Origin: Blepharisma stoltei ATCC 30299
Lineage: Eukaryota > Protista > Ciliophora
Reading direction: 5' to 3'
Length of the DNA: 64,000 nt
NCBI GenBank assembly: GCA_965603825.1
Contig: CBFDEM010000023.1
Span: 372,001 to 436,000 of the forward strand
The first letter of the stretch is position 1. Each line of letters starts with the position of its first letter. Below are positions 36,293 through 47,872 of the stretch, one piece after another. The position numbers were made by a program, and so were the translations under genes. The notes under the pieces are model-generated. The model saw only the letters and a program-made list of their open reading frames with translations, had not been told where the DNA came from and ran no database searches.

Positions 36293-36729
36293 ATTGCAAT
36301 GAGAATTTTATCAATAAAATTAATAGTAATTGCTCCTATGAAATCAGATATTTATATAATCTAAAGCTGCTCTTGATTACATAATGACTGCATTCATTAT
36401 TTGAAAAATTTATATTAAGCTTTAAAATTAATATTGGCTATAGTAATAGATTGTTTATGCATGCAAAATTACTAGTGATCTCTCACAATAAATAAAACGG
36501 GTTTTTTAGGATATTATAGATAGTAGATTTTAAATTAAATTTTACTGACAATCATAAGCTAAGAAATATAGAGTATATTGGGTTGATTTTCAAGCAGTAA
36601 GTGGATCATAAGACTAGAAAATGTTCTGTTTAAATCTCCTTCTCTATCTAAATCTTTCAAATATGAAAATTGAAATCTTCATCAGTGCATATTTGCTTAA
36701 TTAACTTAAATTATAATAAAAAAGAAAAG

Positions 36730-37104
36730 ATGGAATCTGAAATGTGTAGGAGCTGTAGGGTGTTTTATGGGTGTCTTGGAGGTCTGTGCTCCCAGTGTCA
36801 CAAAAAAGAAGCTTTGAAAAAAGAAGCTACTGAAGCAGTAAGCACATTGGCCCAAGTTGTTTCAACAGTAAATCTCCCTCAAGATGTTCCACCTCCTCAA
36901 CCAGTACAAGACCCAACTCATTGCTTTGCATGCAGGAAGCGAATGGGGCCGCTTTCATTTGCCTGCAAATGCCAACATTCATTTTGTTCTAAGCACCGAC
37001 TGCCTGAAGATCACCAATGTACATTTGATCACAGAAGTCAAGGAATCCGAAAGCTTTCTGAAAGCAACCCACTCGTCGTGGCTGAGAAGTTCAATAAACT
37101 TTAA
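36730..37104 (+). CDS. A20/AN1 zinc-finger stress-associated protein
   Basis: A20-like CRSCRVFYG...LCSQC; AN1 CFACRKR...CKC...FCSKHRLPEDHQCTFD; NPLVVAEK. Confidence 0.92.
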   Translation: MESEMCRSCRVFYGCLGGLCSQCHKKEALKKEATEAVSTLAQVVSTVNLPQDVPPPQPVQDPTHCFACRKRMGPLSFACKCQHSFCSKHRLPEDHQCTFDHRSQGIRKLSESNPLVVAEKFNKL

Positions 37105-37653
37105 AATAGTCGATTACAATAATATTTGATATTGCTTAAAAAGTCTTGAAAAATTTAGAAAAGGATCCTTTTATAATTTAAAACTCCTTTTTGATTTTAA
37201 TTTAAATTTTTCAATGAAAAATATTCTCTAGCATTGTGTGCGATTTCTAAAGTTAATTAAACTTAAGGGGGAAAATTTTAATAATTTAATTTATATATTA
37301 ATTAAGAATCAATTTACTAGATTATTTCATCATAGATAGAATACTAGAATATTATTGACTCATTTTTAGATATATCACACAACCAAAACATCTTTCATTG
37401 AGAACATAAAAAATCACTGATAATAATTCTTTTGTATTAATTAATAATAGCAAATAAGTATAATAAGAATGGCAAATGAGCGTTAAGATATTTAATAGCA
37501 ATCAATCAATTTATCTTATTACATAAATAAAGCCTTTTATTTTTCAATCACTTCTCTTAAAAATTAATGTTGATCTTAAATTTTTGCATTATTATGAGAT
37601 GAGATTATCCATATTATTTGCCTTAGTTAAATGACTGCAGAAATTATATATCA

Positions 37654-38523
37654 ATGAAAAGGGGAAATATAAAAGTAGCAGCAAGTTTAAGCGAGCACAG
37701 CCAAAACATACGCCGAAAGATAAATACCCTAGTTTCTTCCACAAAAGAAAACAATAATATTAGCTCTGAGTGCACTTATTATACAAAAACTTCTTGATTT
37801 CATAAGCATCAAATAAAAGATCTTTCTAAATCGCATCAAGAAAAAACAAAAATTCATCAGCAGGAGTCTTCTTTTCAGCTGTTTGATTACAAAGGGAAAG
37901 AATTTAAGTTTCGTCCAAGACATAAGGAAATTGTAGTGGGCTCTGTGAAACCTTTCTATTGCTCAAAAGGTAGCTCGTTAATGATTGGATTTGATGATGA
38001 AACAGTTAAAAACTCTGAAATCAAACCACACGGGATTCAAGTTACTAGAAGGCATAGTTGCCATTGTAGAACTTTATCTGAGGATAGCTGCAAACCTCTT
38101 TTAAATAAAACTGTCAAGATCCCTTCAAAAAAAGTTCCACTTAAAATTCCAACAATAAACATAAATAATCGCTTAAAGCTCAATTCTACGAACAATTTTG
38201 CTTTTGCGAATAACAGTCAGAGATTCTTAACTAGGTTTTTAGCAATTTCTGATCTTAACGCTGAAATTTCAGAAGAGAATCAGCAAAATAAAGAACTTTC
38301 AGCTGATTTAAGAGAAAGCAGTCAAGAGCCGATTGTAGTGGGATCTAAAAATCTTGTATATGAAATAATGAGAATAGAAAACAATTCTACATCTTTAACA
38401 CCAAGCGATCAGCAAGTTGAGTATAAAGAGCAAAGCATCCAAACTACTTTTCCTTATGAATGAGAATGTTTACCAACTTTTGATGTAAAATTAACATTAA
38501 ATTTTAAGAAGGATAATAAATAA
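37654..38523 (+). CDS. Hypothetical protein, ~289 aa, TGA=Trp at 37795 and 38461
   Basis: ATG 37654 is in frame with the track ORF 37936-38463; TAA at 38521-38523. Confidence 0.65.
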
Positions 38524-38765
38524 TCATGGATTTCAGATTAAAAATAAATGATAAAATATTTTGGTATGCTGAATTAGGTTTCGCTAATAAAAGTTAATCA
38601 ATCTCATCTCACTAACATTTTCATCAGAATTTGGCATTTTTTATCCAATGTGCTATTAAATGTTAACTAAAACTTAAAAGGTTTCTCATTAAAATAATGC
38701 TCTATATCCAAAGATTCATATTTCTGACAAAAATATGAATTTATGAATTATTTATAATAAATACA

Positions 38766-39038
38766 ATGGCCGAAAAGATATTTGATGAACAAAACTTAGA
38801 TAAAGAGCTACTATTTACTTTAGAAAGCATAGAAATTGATAATGATGGAAAGCTAGATTACAAAGATCTCAAATCTACTACGATCGAGTTTTATAAAAAA
38901 TTCGATTTGCCACCTATATCAGATAAAGAATTTGACGATGCAATTACAAAAATCGATCCATTTAAAACTAAAAATATTGATTTAAAGAAATACAAAGAAA
39001 TAATTAGAAGGAAAATCATGCATACTATAGAAAATTAA
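38766..39038 (+). CDS. Small two-EF-hand protein
   Basis: DNDGKLDYKDL and DPFKTKNIDLKKY loops. Confidence 0.75.
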   Translation: MAEKIFDEQNLDKELLFTLESIEIDNDGKLDYKDLKSTTIEFYKKFDLPPISDKEFDDAITKIDPFKTKNIDLKKYKEIIRRKIMHTIEN

Positions 39039-39090
39039 ACTTATTTCTAATTAACTCAGAGTTTAAATGGTCCAATAAAAAATAATAAAA

Positions 39091-39390
39091 ATGGGAGAAT
39101 TGATGTCAGAAGAATTTAAATTAGAACAGAAGCTGAAAGATGCATTTGAGAAGTATGACATTCAGCATACTGGGAAGATTATGTATAGCGACTTGGTCAC
39201 TGCTATAACATTTTATTGCAAAGACAACGAATTGAAGATACCAAATGATTTTGATTATAACAAAGTTCTCGGCCATTTTGATACTGAGAATTCTGATTCT
39301 TTTGATTTTGGACAGTTTAAAGAATACCTGATGGCAGTTATTAATGAATCTAGCCAGCAAGCGCTTAATAGCGAAAAAGTTTCATTGTAA
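39091..39390 (+). CDS. Small two-EF-hand protein (tandem paralogue)
   Basis: AFEKYDIQHTGKIMYSDL and FDTENSDSFDFGQF loops. Confidence 0.8.
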   Translation: MGELMSEEFKLEQKLKDAFEKYDIQHTGKIMYSDLVTAITFYCKDNELKIPNDFDYNKVLGHFDTENSDSFDFGQFKEYLMAVINESSQQALNSEKVSL

Positions 39391-39514
39391 CATCATTATA
39401 AAAATAATTTCTATTAATAAAGAAGTATATTTGCATTTATGATGTGCATTGTGAAGTGAGATTTATTAAAAATTCTGTTATTTAAAATGGAATTTGAAAG
39501 TAAAATAAATAGAG

Positions 39515-40078
39515 ATGATTCAATGCAAATCAAACACAAGCTTCCAATTACCACATAGGAGGAATAGAAGTAAGCATAGAGTCGCAGACAGATTATTAAA
39601 AATAATTGGTGATGAAAAGAAAAGCTTGAATAAGCAAGAAAAGTCGATTTTTTTAAATCCTCAACAAGTAAAGCCAATTTCTCATAACCTTCCAATTCCA
39701 CATGCTCCAGATACCCCGCCAGAATCTTTTGCATCTTTTAGATCTGAGCTAACTTCATATCGTTTGCTCAGGTTACCAAGTCATGATCTCAATAAAGAGT
39801 CAGGAATAATCAAATTAAGCAGCACACCTACAATCACTCATAGAAAACTGTCACAACTTAAATTATCACCTAAGAGGTCTGATTTACAAGGATATAAAGT
39901 GTCCAGATCAGTTTTCGAGTCAAAATTTTTGCATAGACTGCGTAAGAGTGAAAATAGCGTTTTGCAGCCTAGGAAGCAATATTTCAAAATATCACGATCA
40001 TTTCGGTTGCAGTCTGCATCAAGCTATTCTCCAAAGCCTTCTGTTTCTCCATGCAGTTGAAGATTTACTCCAATTTAA
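39515..40078 (+). CDS. Hypothetical basic S/K/R-rich protein
   Basis: 181-aa ORF, then TGA 40058 and five more codons to TAA 40076-40078. Confidence 0.6.
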
Positions 40079-40105
40079 CATAACTTATGTATTAAATAGC
40101 CAAAT

Positions 40106-41047
40106 CTATCTGCCATTTCTGTTCCCTGCACCTTTTTCATGCATATCTTTCCAATCATCCCAGCCTGCGTCGTTTTTCCTTTTCTGTTCTTCATAATCTT
40201 CAGGATTTTCTTCCTGCTCCCTTTTCCTCTCTAATTCAGCTTGTTTCTGCTTTTCTTCTCTTTCCATGCACATCTTGCATTCGATTTCTCCCCATTCTTC
40301 AATAGTATATAAAGGCTGGCGGTGGCCTGGCTGGAAAACTTGGTGCTCAATATTGTGTCTTGCTTTAGCTATGTCAGCTCCTGAAGAAATCAGTGGATTT
40401 ATTAAATTTACGTTGGATTCGTCTATTTTTAAGATCTGAGGTGGCCTTTGCGGAGGTGGCGGAGGAAGAGGATTGGTTTCCTGCGTGCTTTTAAACTCTA
40501 AGACTTGAAGTTCTAGTTTCACAAATCTTAATTGGTCAAGGGTATGGGAAGCAGCATGCTGAAGCTGGAGTTTATAAAGATCCCGAAGATCGTCCGGGTT
40601 ATTTCTGGATTCAAGCAGCTGAATTTGTTGCTCTATCGCTTTTTTTGCTTTGAAATCAGCTATTTTCTGATCTCTTGTAGGCTCAGCTGGGGTTTTCCAC
40701 CTTTCAATGAATTTTTCATCAACTACTCTGTAATTATCAAGGTAATTTAAGAACTCTTCAAATGATCCTTGGGAAAATTCAAGATTTGATTTTCGTTTGG
40801 CTTGGTCTGTGTTTTTCAGCAACACTAATGCATGATAATAAGGGGTAAGAAGCAACTTTATGTGTTCTGTGGGAAGGTCTTCTAGAAGTTCATTTGAGGA
40901 AAACAAAGCTTCTCTGGCGATTACTTGCTTAAGTGAGTTTGCGATTAAAATTGCGTTATCAACGTTTTCTGGGGTTAAGTCTTTAAATTCTTCAAACCCT
41001 TCAGCAAGTCCTTTAAGTGCTGCAAATTGTGAAGTCAATGTATCCAT
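40106..41047 (-). CDS. IGBP1: TAP42/alpha4 PP2A-family regulator
   Basis: LFSSNELLEDLPT, RDQKIADFK, VFQPGHRQPLYTIEEW, WDDWKDMHEKGAGNR. Confidence 0.92.
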   Translation of the reverse strand: MDTLTSQFAALKGLAEGFEEFKDLTPENVDNAILIANSLKQVIAREALFSSNELLEDLPTEHIKLLLTPYYHALVLLKNTDQAKRKSNLEFSQGSFEEFLNYLDNYRVVDEKFIERWKTPAEPTRDQKIADFKAKKAIEQQIQLLESRNNPDDLRDLYKLQLQHAASHTLDQLRFVKLELQVLEFKSTQETNPLPPPPPQRPPQILKIDESNVNLINPLISSGADIAKARHNIEHQVFQPGHRQPLYTIEEWGEIECKMCMEREEKQKQAELERKREQEENPEDYEEQKRKNDAGWDDWKDMHEKGAGNRNGR

Positions 41048-41141
41048 ACTTTATAAATAATAGTTTAGTTATTGGAATATTGATATAAATTAAATATTAT
41101 TCTTATTGATAGTTATTTATTTTGCTAAGAACTCTTGTTTG

Positions 41142-41603
41142 CTAACCTTCATTTTCTTTCATTAATGATCTTTTCTTTTGATTATACTTTTCTATTTGAG
41201 GTCTATATTTCCTATTAAATATCTGACTCAAAGGCTTATAATAGTAATCGATATGATAATACAAACTCAATTCTCCTCCATAATAGCAGATAATCCCTCC
41301 AATCATTAATTTTGTCAAAGGGCTCAATCGTTTAAAAACTGTGTCCCAAGTCATCATAGAAAATGCAAATCCTCCAACTTGTCCAAACCTTCTTGATCTC
41401 TGATAGTTCTTATAAAGAGTTTCAACAAAATCAAACTCATTTACTTCGCTCAGGTTCTTTATATCTTTGTACTTTTTATACCAAAAGAAATTCAAGAGTT
41501 CTTTTTTCGATTTGTAAGTATTATCAAGAAGAATCTCGAGATTGGCTTCAGTATTAAGTTCATCAAACTTCTTAAGGGCTTTAGTATAATTGTCCTCGCC
41601 CAT
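41142..41603 (-). CDS. Hypothetical membrane protein, 153 aa
   Basis: Open frame with two short hydrophobic segments; TAG stop. Confidence 0.7.
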   Translation of the reverse strand: MGEDNYTKALKKFDELNTEANLEILLDNTYKSKKELLNFFWYKKYKDIKNLSEVNEFDFVETLYKNYQRSRRFGQVGGFAFSMMTWDTVFKRLSPLTKLMIGGIICYYGGELSLYYHIDYYYKPLSQIFNRKYRPQIEKYNQKKRSLMKENEG

Positions 41604-41633
41604 ACTTTGTAAATTATTATATATTTTTAGTAT

Positions 41634-42935
41634 ATGGAATTTTTAAGCTTAGACCATTTTTCGTGTATTGCTAGCCCATTATTATCATGTGCGACGAGAG
41701 AGCTAGATAATATTGCGGCAATTCAAACAAGAACTTATCCTCTATTAATGATGCAGCCAAAACAACCTGGCCGTATTAAAAACACAATTTGCGTATGAAA
41801 AGAGAATTATGAAGATCAAGTGGTGTGAGCAGCTAATTCACAAATAAGTATCTTTTAAATAGGAACTTTAAAGCTATCATTGAATGGGCTTACATTGGCT
41901 TTGCCAGATGCAATAAATAAAGAACTTTTTTCAACTATTTTACAGCTTGAACAATTCGAAAATGGCATAGCTGTTAGAACTTCAGCTAATCTTCATATTC
42001 TAGACAAAAACTTAGAAGAAATAAGCAGAATAGAAATTAAAACATTAGAAATAAATAAAAACCCGATTTTTCAAGATCAATTAGGCTACCTGCATGATTC
42101 TCAATTTAGTGTTTTTCAAGAAAAGCCCTTTTCAATTAGTTTGATTGAAAATTATTTAGGGTTTCAATACTATTTTCATCCTGGGCAAGCTCTCCTTTTT
42201 AATTCTCGTAAAATCTGCCTAAGGGATATCCGAGAAAGCAGAGAATCAGAAGTGTTAAGCGTCAAAAACACAAAAGATATCAGCTGCTTAGACTATTCTT
42301 TTTCAATTGCAGTATTAAATAGCGCTTTAGAGATCTATGACTGTCGATTTTGAAGAGATCCTGTGATGAAATACAACCCTCCCTTTGATTTTACTCATCC
42401 TCAGTTTCTTGTACAATTTCCTGATAGATCTTTAATGTATAGAGATGGTATGATTCAGGAAACTCAATCAAAATTGTTTGGCATCAGTGAAAATCACATA
42501 GAGGGTAATATGTAATTAGAATATAACACAGACATGAGGACCAATGATATAGATTTAGAATTAATTTTGGAGATTGGAGAAAAAAAAGACAGGTTAGCAA
42601 GGATAGCAAATTGTCTATCTTATAAATCTCCTGAAGCCAAACTGCAAGGTATTGAGCAGCTTGAAATAAATAATAAAAGATATTGGCTTCAAAGTTGCCA
42701 GCGAGGAGGGCTATACCTTGAAGACTGCAACAGTAAGCTGACTCACTGTTTCTTAGAAATGGTAAAAAATAAGCCTTTTCAGCAAACACTTGAAAGCAGT
42801 ACTGAAAAAGTTGTAGACAAAAGAGATTTTCTCCAAAATTTATTTAACGAAAAAATTGAAGTTGCTAAATCAGCCCCACCCAAACTGATATTAGAGGATC
42901 AATTTGAGTATGAAGATTTCGAAGACGATATTTAA
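41634..42935 (+). CDS. Hypothetical beta-propeller-like protein, ~423 aa; introns 41848-41862 and 42505-42519, TGA=Trp at 41796, 41826, 42351
   Basis: One frame from ATG 41634 once both 15-nt introns are removed. WD-like LRDIRE and LEIYDCRF segments; acidic tail. Confidence 0.7.
41848..41862 (+). other. 15-nt intron GTATCTTTTAAATAG (phase 1)
   Basis: Unspliced frame hits TAA at intron positions 9-11. Confidence 0.8.
42505..42519 (+). other. 15-nt intron GTAATATGTAATTAG (phase 1)
   Basis: Unspliced frame hits TAA at intron positions 9-11; removal links to the ORF at 42534. Confidence 0.82.
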
Positions 42936-42945
42936 CTAATCAATA

Positions 42946-43866
42946 TTAAAGAGCATTAATAGGCAGTTTAAAGTACGAAATACCATTTGCTTCAGGCTCA
43001 GGGAGTTCTCCATTTCTTAAGTTCACTAACAAAGATTCCATAATAAGCTTAGGCAGCTTGAGAGTTCCATCTCTTTCTTTTCTCCATTGGACAAAGGCAT
43101 CTCTGCTCGTAGATAAATTCAAATGTTTATTGTTTCTCTTTTCTTCGCCCATGGTTGATTCCCATGCGACACCTCTCTTTTCAGTTCCATAATCATGCCC
43201 TACAAAAACTCTGTACTCATCTGGGAGTTCAAAAAGCTTTTTAATTGACTGATAAAGAACATCAGCTGAACCTCCAGGAAAATCACATCTTGCTGTGCCA
43301 AAATCTGGCATAAATAGGGTGTCGCCTGAAAATACAGCGTCTCCAACGGTATATACCATGCATGCAGGAGTATGTCCAGGGCTCCAAAATGCTTTTAGGT
43401 TGAGTTTTCCTATAGAAAAGGACTCCCCATCTTTTATCAATTTATCGAACTGAGATCCATCAGTTCTGAAGTTAGAAAGATTAAATAACCTTGAAAATTG
43501 TACTTGAACTGCAGTAACGTTAAAGCCAATAGCAGTTTGTGCTGAGGGAAATGCATTTTTCAAGATTTTAGCCCCAGTTAGATGATCAGCATGAACGTGA
43601 GTTTCTAATATATAGACTGGCTCAAGATGGTTTTTTGTTACCTCTGCTATTACAGAGTCTGCATGAATTGTTGTAACTCGATGACCTACTTGGTCATAGT
43701 CTAAAACAGGATCAATAATGGCACATTTTCCGGTTTCAGGACAGGATGCAATATATGTAGCTGTATTAGTATCATTGTGGAATAAGCATGTTACTTTTGG
43801 CTTAATGAGATCGGTAGAGAATTTTCGGATAGGATTGCTGAGTTTATATAGGGATCTTGCAAGCAT
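42946..43866 (-). CDS. Persulfide dioxygenase (MBL fold; SdoA/Blh-type, ETHE1 superfamily), probably mitochondrial
   Basis: IIDPVLDYD, LETHVHADH, PGHTPAC, GDTLFMPDFGTARCDFPGG, GHDY; N-terminal presequence MLARSLYKLSNPIRKFS. Confidence 0.9.
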   Translation of the reverse strand: MLARSLYKLSNPIRKFSTDLIKPKVTCLFHNDTNTATYIASCPETGKCAIIDPVLDYDQVGHRVTTIHADSVIAEVTKNHLEPVYILETHVHADHLTGAKILKNAFPSAQTAIGFNVTAVQVQFSRLFNLSNFRTDGSQFDKLIKDGESFSIGKLNLKAFWSPGHTPACMVYTVGDAVFSGDTLFMPDFGTARCDFPGGSADVLYQSIKKLFELPDEYRVFVGHDYGTEKRGVAWESTMGEEKRNNKHLNLSTSRDAFVQWRKERDGTLKLPKLIMESLLVNLRNGELPEPEANGISYFKLPINAL

Positions 43867-44687
43867 TTTTTATATCCATATTAATTAATCAGTGAATGTA
43901 AAAATCGGATAAATTGCAAAATGGTGTGCATATTTTTGCTGCGAGTCAGAATCAAATTTTTATTATTTTCAGATAGCCTGATGGATAGGTATAGTTGATT
44001 TTGTATAAATATAATAAAATTTGGCATAAAGGTATAAAAAGATTGCTTTAAATGCCTAATAGAAATAAATGAAAATAAAGGCTTGTAATACGATAGTGTT
44101 GTAATGGATCAGGAAAATGCGTCATTCAATTCTTAGTTGCCATATATAGCATGCTCAGATGCTAATTTGAATGATTATAAGTGGCTGATTGCTGAGTTTT
44201 TTATTGCTAAGTAAATACTTTCTTAGTATCTAAAATTCATAATAATCATGATTTAGTTACTTTATTTGAGTGTAATGCAATCAAATTTTCAGCTGAAAGA
44301 ATTTATGCATTTATAATTTATTGGAAATTTAAAGTTTGCAATATTTGAGATTAACACCTCTTAAATCTATCTTTTTTGGAGCCAGAAAAAGTCTCATAAT
44401 TCTCTGTATAACATTATAAAATAATCCCCCAAGAATGCCTTATTTTCTTTCCTGGAAGGTAAATCCGACAAATTTAGATTATCATAATTGAATATTGTTA
44501 TTCAAAGCATTCAATAATTTATTATTCTTAGGATTCATTCTATATTGAAAATTTGTTCTCAATAAATTTAATTCGAGCTGATTTTTCTTTTCATCTTCTA
44601 AAATATAAAAGGTTTTAATAATTCCAAGCTCGCCCATATAGGATTAATAAAAGTGAAGATTTTTGAGAAATGGGTAAGTATTTAATT

Positions 44688-45011
44688 ATGGAAGAAAGAC
44701 TAAAGATTTACTTTCAACTTTGGAATAAAACAAGTAAAAACTCACTCAAACCCATGCACACATATTCACCCAATACGTCTTTGAACAATCCTGAGTATTT
44801 AATTGCAAGACTCTCCGGTTTAACAATCGCTGAAGCGAAAGATGCTCTCATTTTAGCTGAAGAAATAAGGAAAGCAGGAATTGAAAAGGTAATGGCTAAA
44901 TGGGCATTGTTAGGACAAAAATTAAGTTGTACATCTATTTCTCATAAAAGATGAAAAGGTAAAAACTCCATATGTAGAGACTCTCAACCAATTAAAAGAC
45001 CGAGGATGTAG
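44688..45011 (+). CDS. Small hypothetical protein, TGA=Trp at 44952
   Basis: MEERLKIYF...; frame continues past TGA to TAG 45009-45011. Alternative start at 44670. Confidence 0.55.
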
Positions 45012-46192
45012 CGTTGTTTTTTATGAGTAACTTATGATTTATTAAAATTGGCTAATTTTTTCTAAATTAATTTAATAAGAGCATATATTGTATAAGGGCT
45101 GCTATTTATAGCTCTGCTCTAAAGCATTACTAGTTGAGCTTTAAGTTTTCGAATGTATTCTTTAAGATACTTTGAATTTAAAAGCACATCATAGCAATTT
45201 TCTTAAAAAGCTCAGACTTTCAGCTTTTTCTCTAGATATTCATAGCTATTTTTAAAATCTTTAAACTGACATTTTCACAGTAGCTTTTTATGAAATTTAC
45301 TACATATCTTAGCTAAAATCATTACTGGGACTATCAGCTTTCTGACTTGATCTGAGGCATGCCCATTTAATAGTTTCATGATTCAGTAAAGAATAAACTC
45401 ATTGAAAATTGCTTTTTAGCTTGATTTGATAATCAGTTTTGCCGGAATAATATAGGAACAAATTCCTATAGGAATAGCTTGGTTAGTTTAAGGATAAGCA
45501 GTTTTATGTAATTCAAATCCTTCCAATTCTTGTCTTTCTAATTAATTGATGATATGAAATAGAAAAGATAAGCTCTTAAGAGGAATTTTTTGCGAGAAAC
45601 AAACGCAGAGTGTAAGATATTTAGCTAAGGATGCTGAAATTTCTTCGTAATCTATGCTATCTAAAAGTCTGCTAAGCTTTCATACTCAGATTGTGATACT
45701 TTGCCATGAATGTATAATTTATAATGAAATATCATCTTAAGATATTATTGCATGCATATTATTTATTATTTTGGAATAAGGGTTTCGTGGCTGTAATTGC
45801 AATTTAACAAGTCTTAGAGTTCAATGAAACGCATGATTAAAGCAAGAATATAGTTCACAAATTTTATCAATGACAGTTTCTCATTTTTTTAAAAATAGTC
45901 AGTTGAATATTTGCTTCCTTTTCCAACATTACTTATTATGAAAATTTATAAATTATAGATACAAAACAAAAGCGAAATTATGCTTTTTTCCAAGAAGACT
46001 TTAATATTAATTACAACTCCAATTAATTTTTATCGAAAAAAGTTAACAAACAATAATTTTTTAATGGCAGTAGGCAAATAAGCATTTAGATTTCTATTTC
46101 CTGACTCATTGACTAAAATTTTTTATTTATCCTTCCAAATCTGATAATCTCAATTTAAAATACCAATGCTAATTTCTTATATAACTTATTAT

Positions 46193-47854
46193 ATGAACAA
46201 GTATGAAGTTATTGGAGTCGTAGGCGAAGGAGCCTACGGAGTCGTATTAAAGTGCAAAAATAAAGAAACAGGTGAGATAGTCGCTATCAAAAAATTTAAA
46301 GAAAGTGAAGACGAAGAAGCTGTAAAAAAAGCTACAATAAGAGAAGTCAAAATCCTAAAAATGCTCAACCAGGAAAATATAGTTGCCTTAAAAGAAGCGT
46401 TTCGCAGACAAGGCAAACTCTATCTGGTTCTAGAATACGTCGACCAAAACTTACTAGAAATCCTTGAGAGCAGCCAGAATGGGATTGAGCCCCAAAAAGT
46501 AAAAAGCTACATCTATCAGTTATGCAAAGCCATAGATTACTGTCATAGACAAGAAGTTATTCATAGGGATATTAAGCCTGAGAATCTACTAATTTCTCTA
46601 GATCACAAATTAAAAATTTGCGATTTTGGTTTTGCAAGAACAATCGGGAATTATGGCCAATTAACGGATTATGTAGCAACTAGATGATATAGATCTCCTG
46701 AGCTTCTATTAGGAGGGAATTATGGGAAAGAGGTAGATATATGGGCAATTGGCTGCATAATGGGCGAACTCGCAGATGGACAGCCTCTATTTCCTGGGGA
46801 AAATGAAGTTGATCAGCTTTATGTTATTCAAAGAGTTCTCGGAGCTTTGACACAAGAGCAGCAGGAAAAATTTCAGACAAACCCAAGGTTTTTAGGACTC
46901 AAATTTCCAGAGATAAATAGGCTTGAAACGCTGGAAAAGAAATATCTCGCAAAGCTGGGTCCTTTAGCTATTGACTTTATGAAATGCCTGCTTGCAATGG
47001 ATCCACGAGAAAGGCTAAATTCAACTGAAGCTCTTCAACATCCATATTTTGACGATCTACGAGGTCACAGTCCACAAGAAAAAAGTGCTCCTTCACTTTT
47101 TATTAAAACTGAAACCAGTAAAGCGAAAAGTCGAATTATTCCTTTACAAAATGTAGTCAAACCTTCCAAAGGTTTTTATTTCCCAAAGAATCAGCCAACT
47201 CCAACAGAAAACCGTGGCGCTTATATGAGGGCGAAAGATGAAAACTCTTTTTCATCAACGCCTCACATAAAAGAGCCTCAAAGTATCCCTCATTACGATA
47301 CAAAATTTGACCAAAGAGGTTTTAAAGGATCTGATGGCCGCGCCAAAACGAGGACTACTAATTTAGTTTCTGAATCAAATGAGTTCGATCCGCCTACATT
47401 TGAAAAGCAGCGATCGAGGGACTTCTTAAAATTCGATGATGGCCGTACCAAGAAGAAAAATTTATCCGAAGAAAAAATGTTTAATATTCATGAAGAGGAT
47501 AGCAAAATTTCAACAAAATATATGCCAAGAAAGAAAAGCAAAGGGCAGACCTATGAGTTTCCTTATGATGGAGGACTCCAAAGGCAGTCCCACACTCGTG
47601 GCCAACTAAAACAAAATTTCGAAACTGATCCTAATTTTCAGTCAGCAAGAGCACTCCCACAAATACATAATCCTAACCCTTATATTGATTTTAACCTAAA
47701 AAAGCACAACTATAGAACTGAAGAAAGTCCAGATCAAGGAGGCGGCCCTCATTTGATAACTGCTTTTCAAGGGTTTGAAGAGCCATATAATTTCCAGAGA
47801 AATAACAAAGTGTACAACTTTGAAGTCCATTCAAGGCAAAGAGCTTTTTATTAA
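46193..47854 (+). CDS. CDKL5-like (LF5-type) protein kinase, ~553 aa, TGA=Trp at 46685
   Basis: [44 protein letters not shown] activation loop, YVATR-W-YRSPE; long disordered tail. Confidence 0.95.
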
Positions 47855-47872
47855 TATCTAACCATTATTATG

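Noticed and set aside
39500-39512. Possible 13-nt intron GTAAAATAAATAG linking ATG 39487 to the 39515 ORF
   Set aside because: Length departs from the strict 15-nt class, and the ORF has its own ATG.
45547-45640. Possible C/D snoRNA (TGATGA ... CTGA)
   Set aside because: No convincing terminal stem or recognisable rRNA antisense element; such boxes arise by chance in AT-rich DNA.
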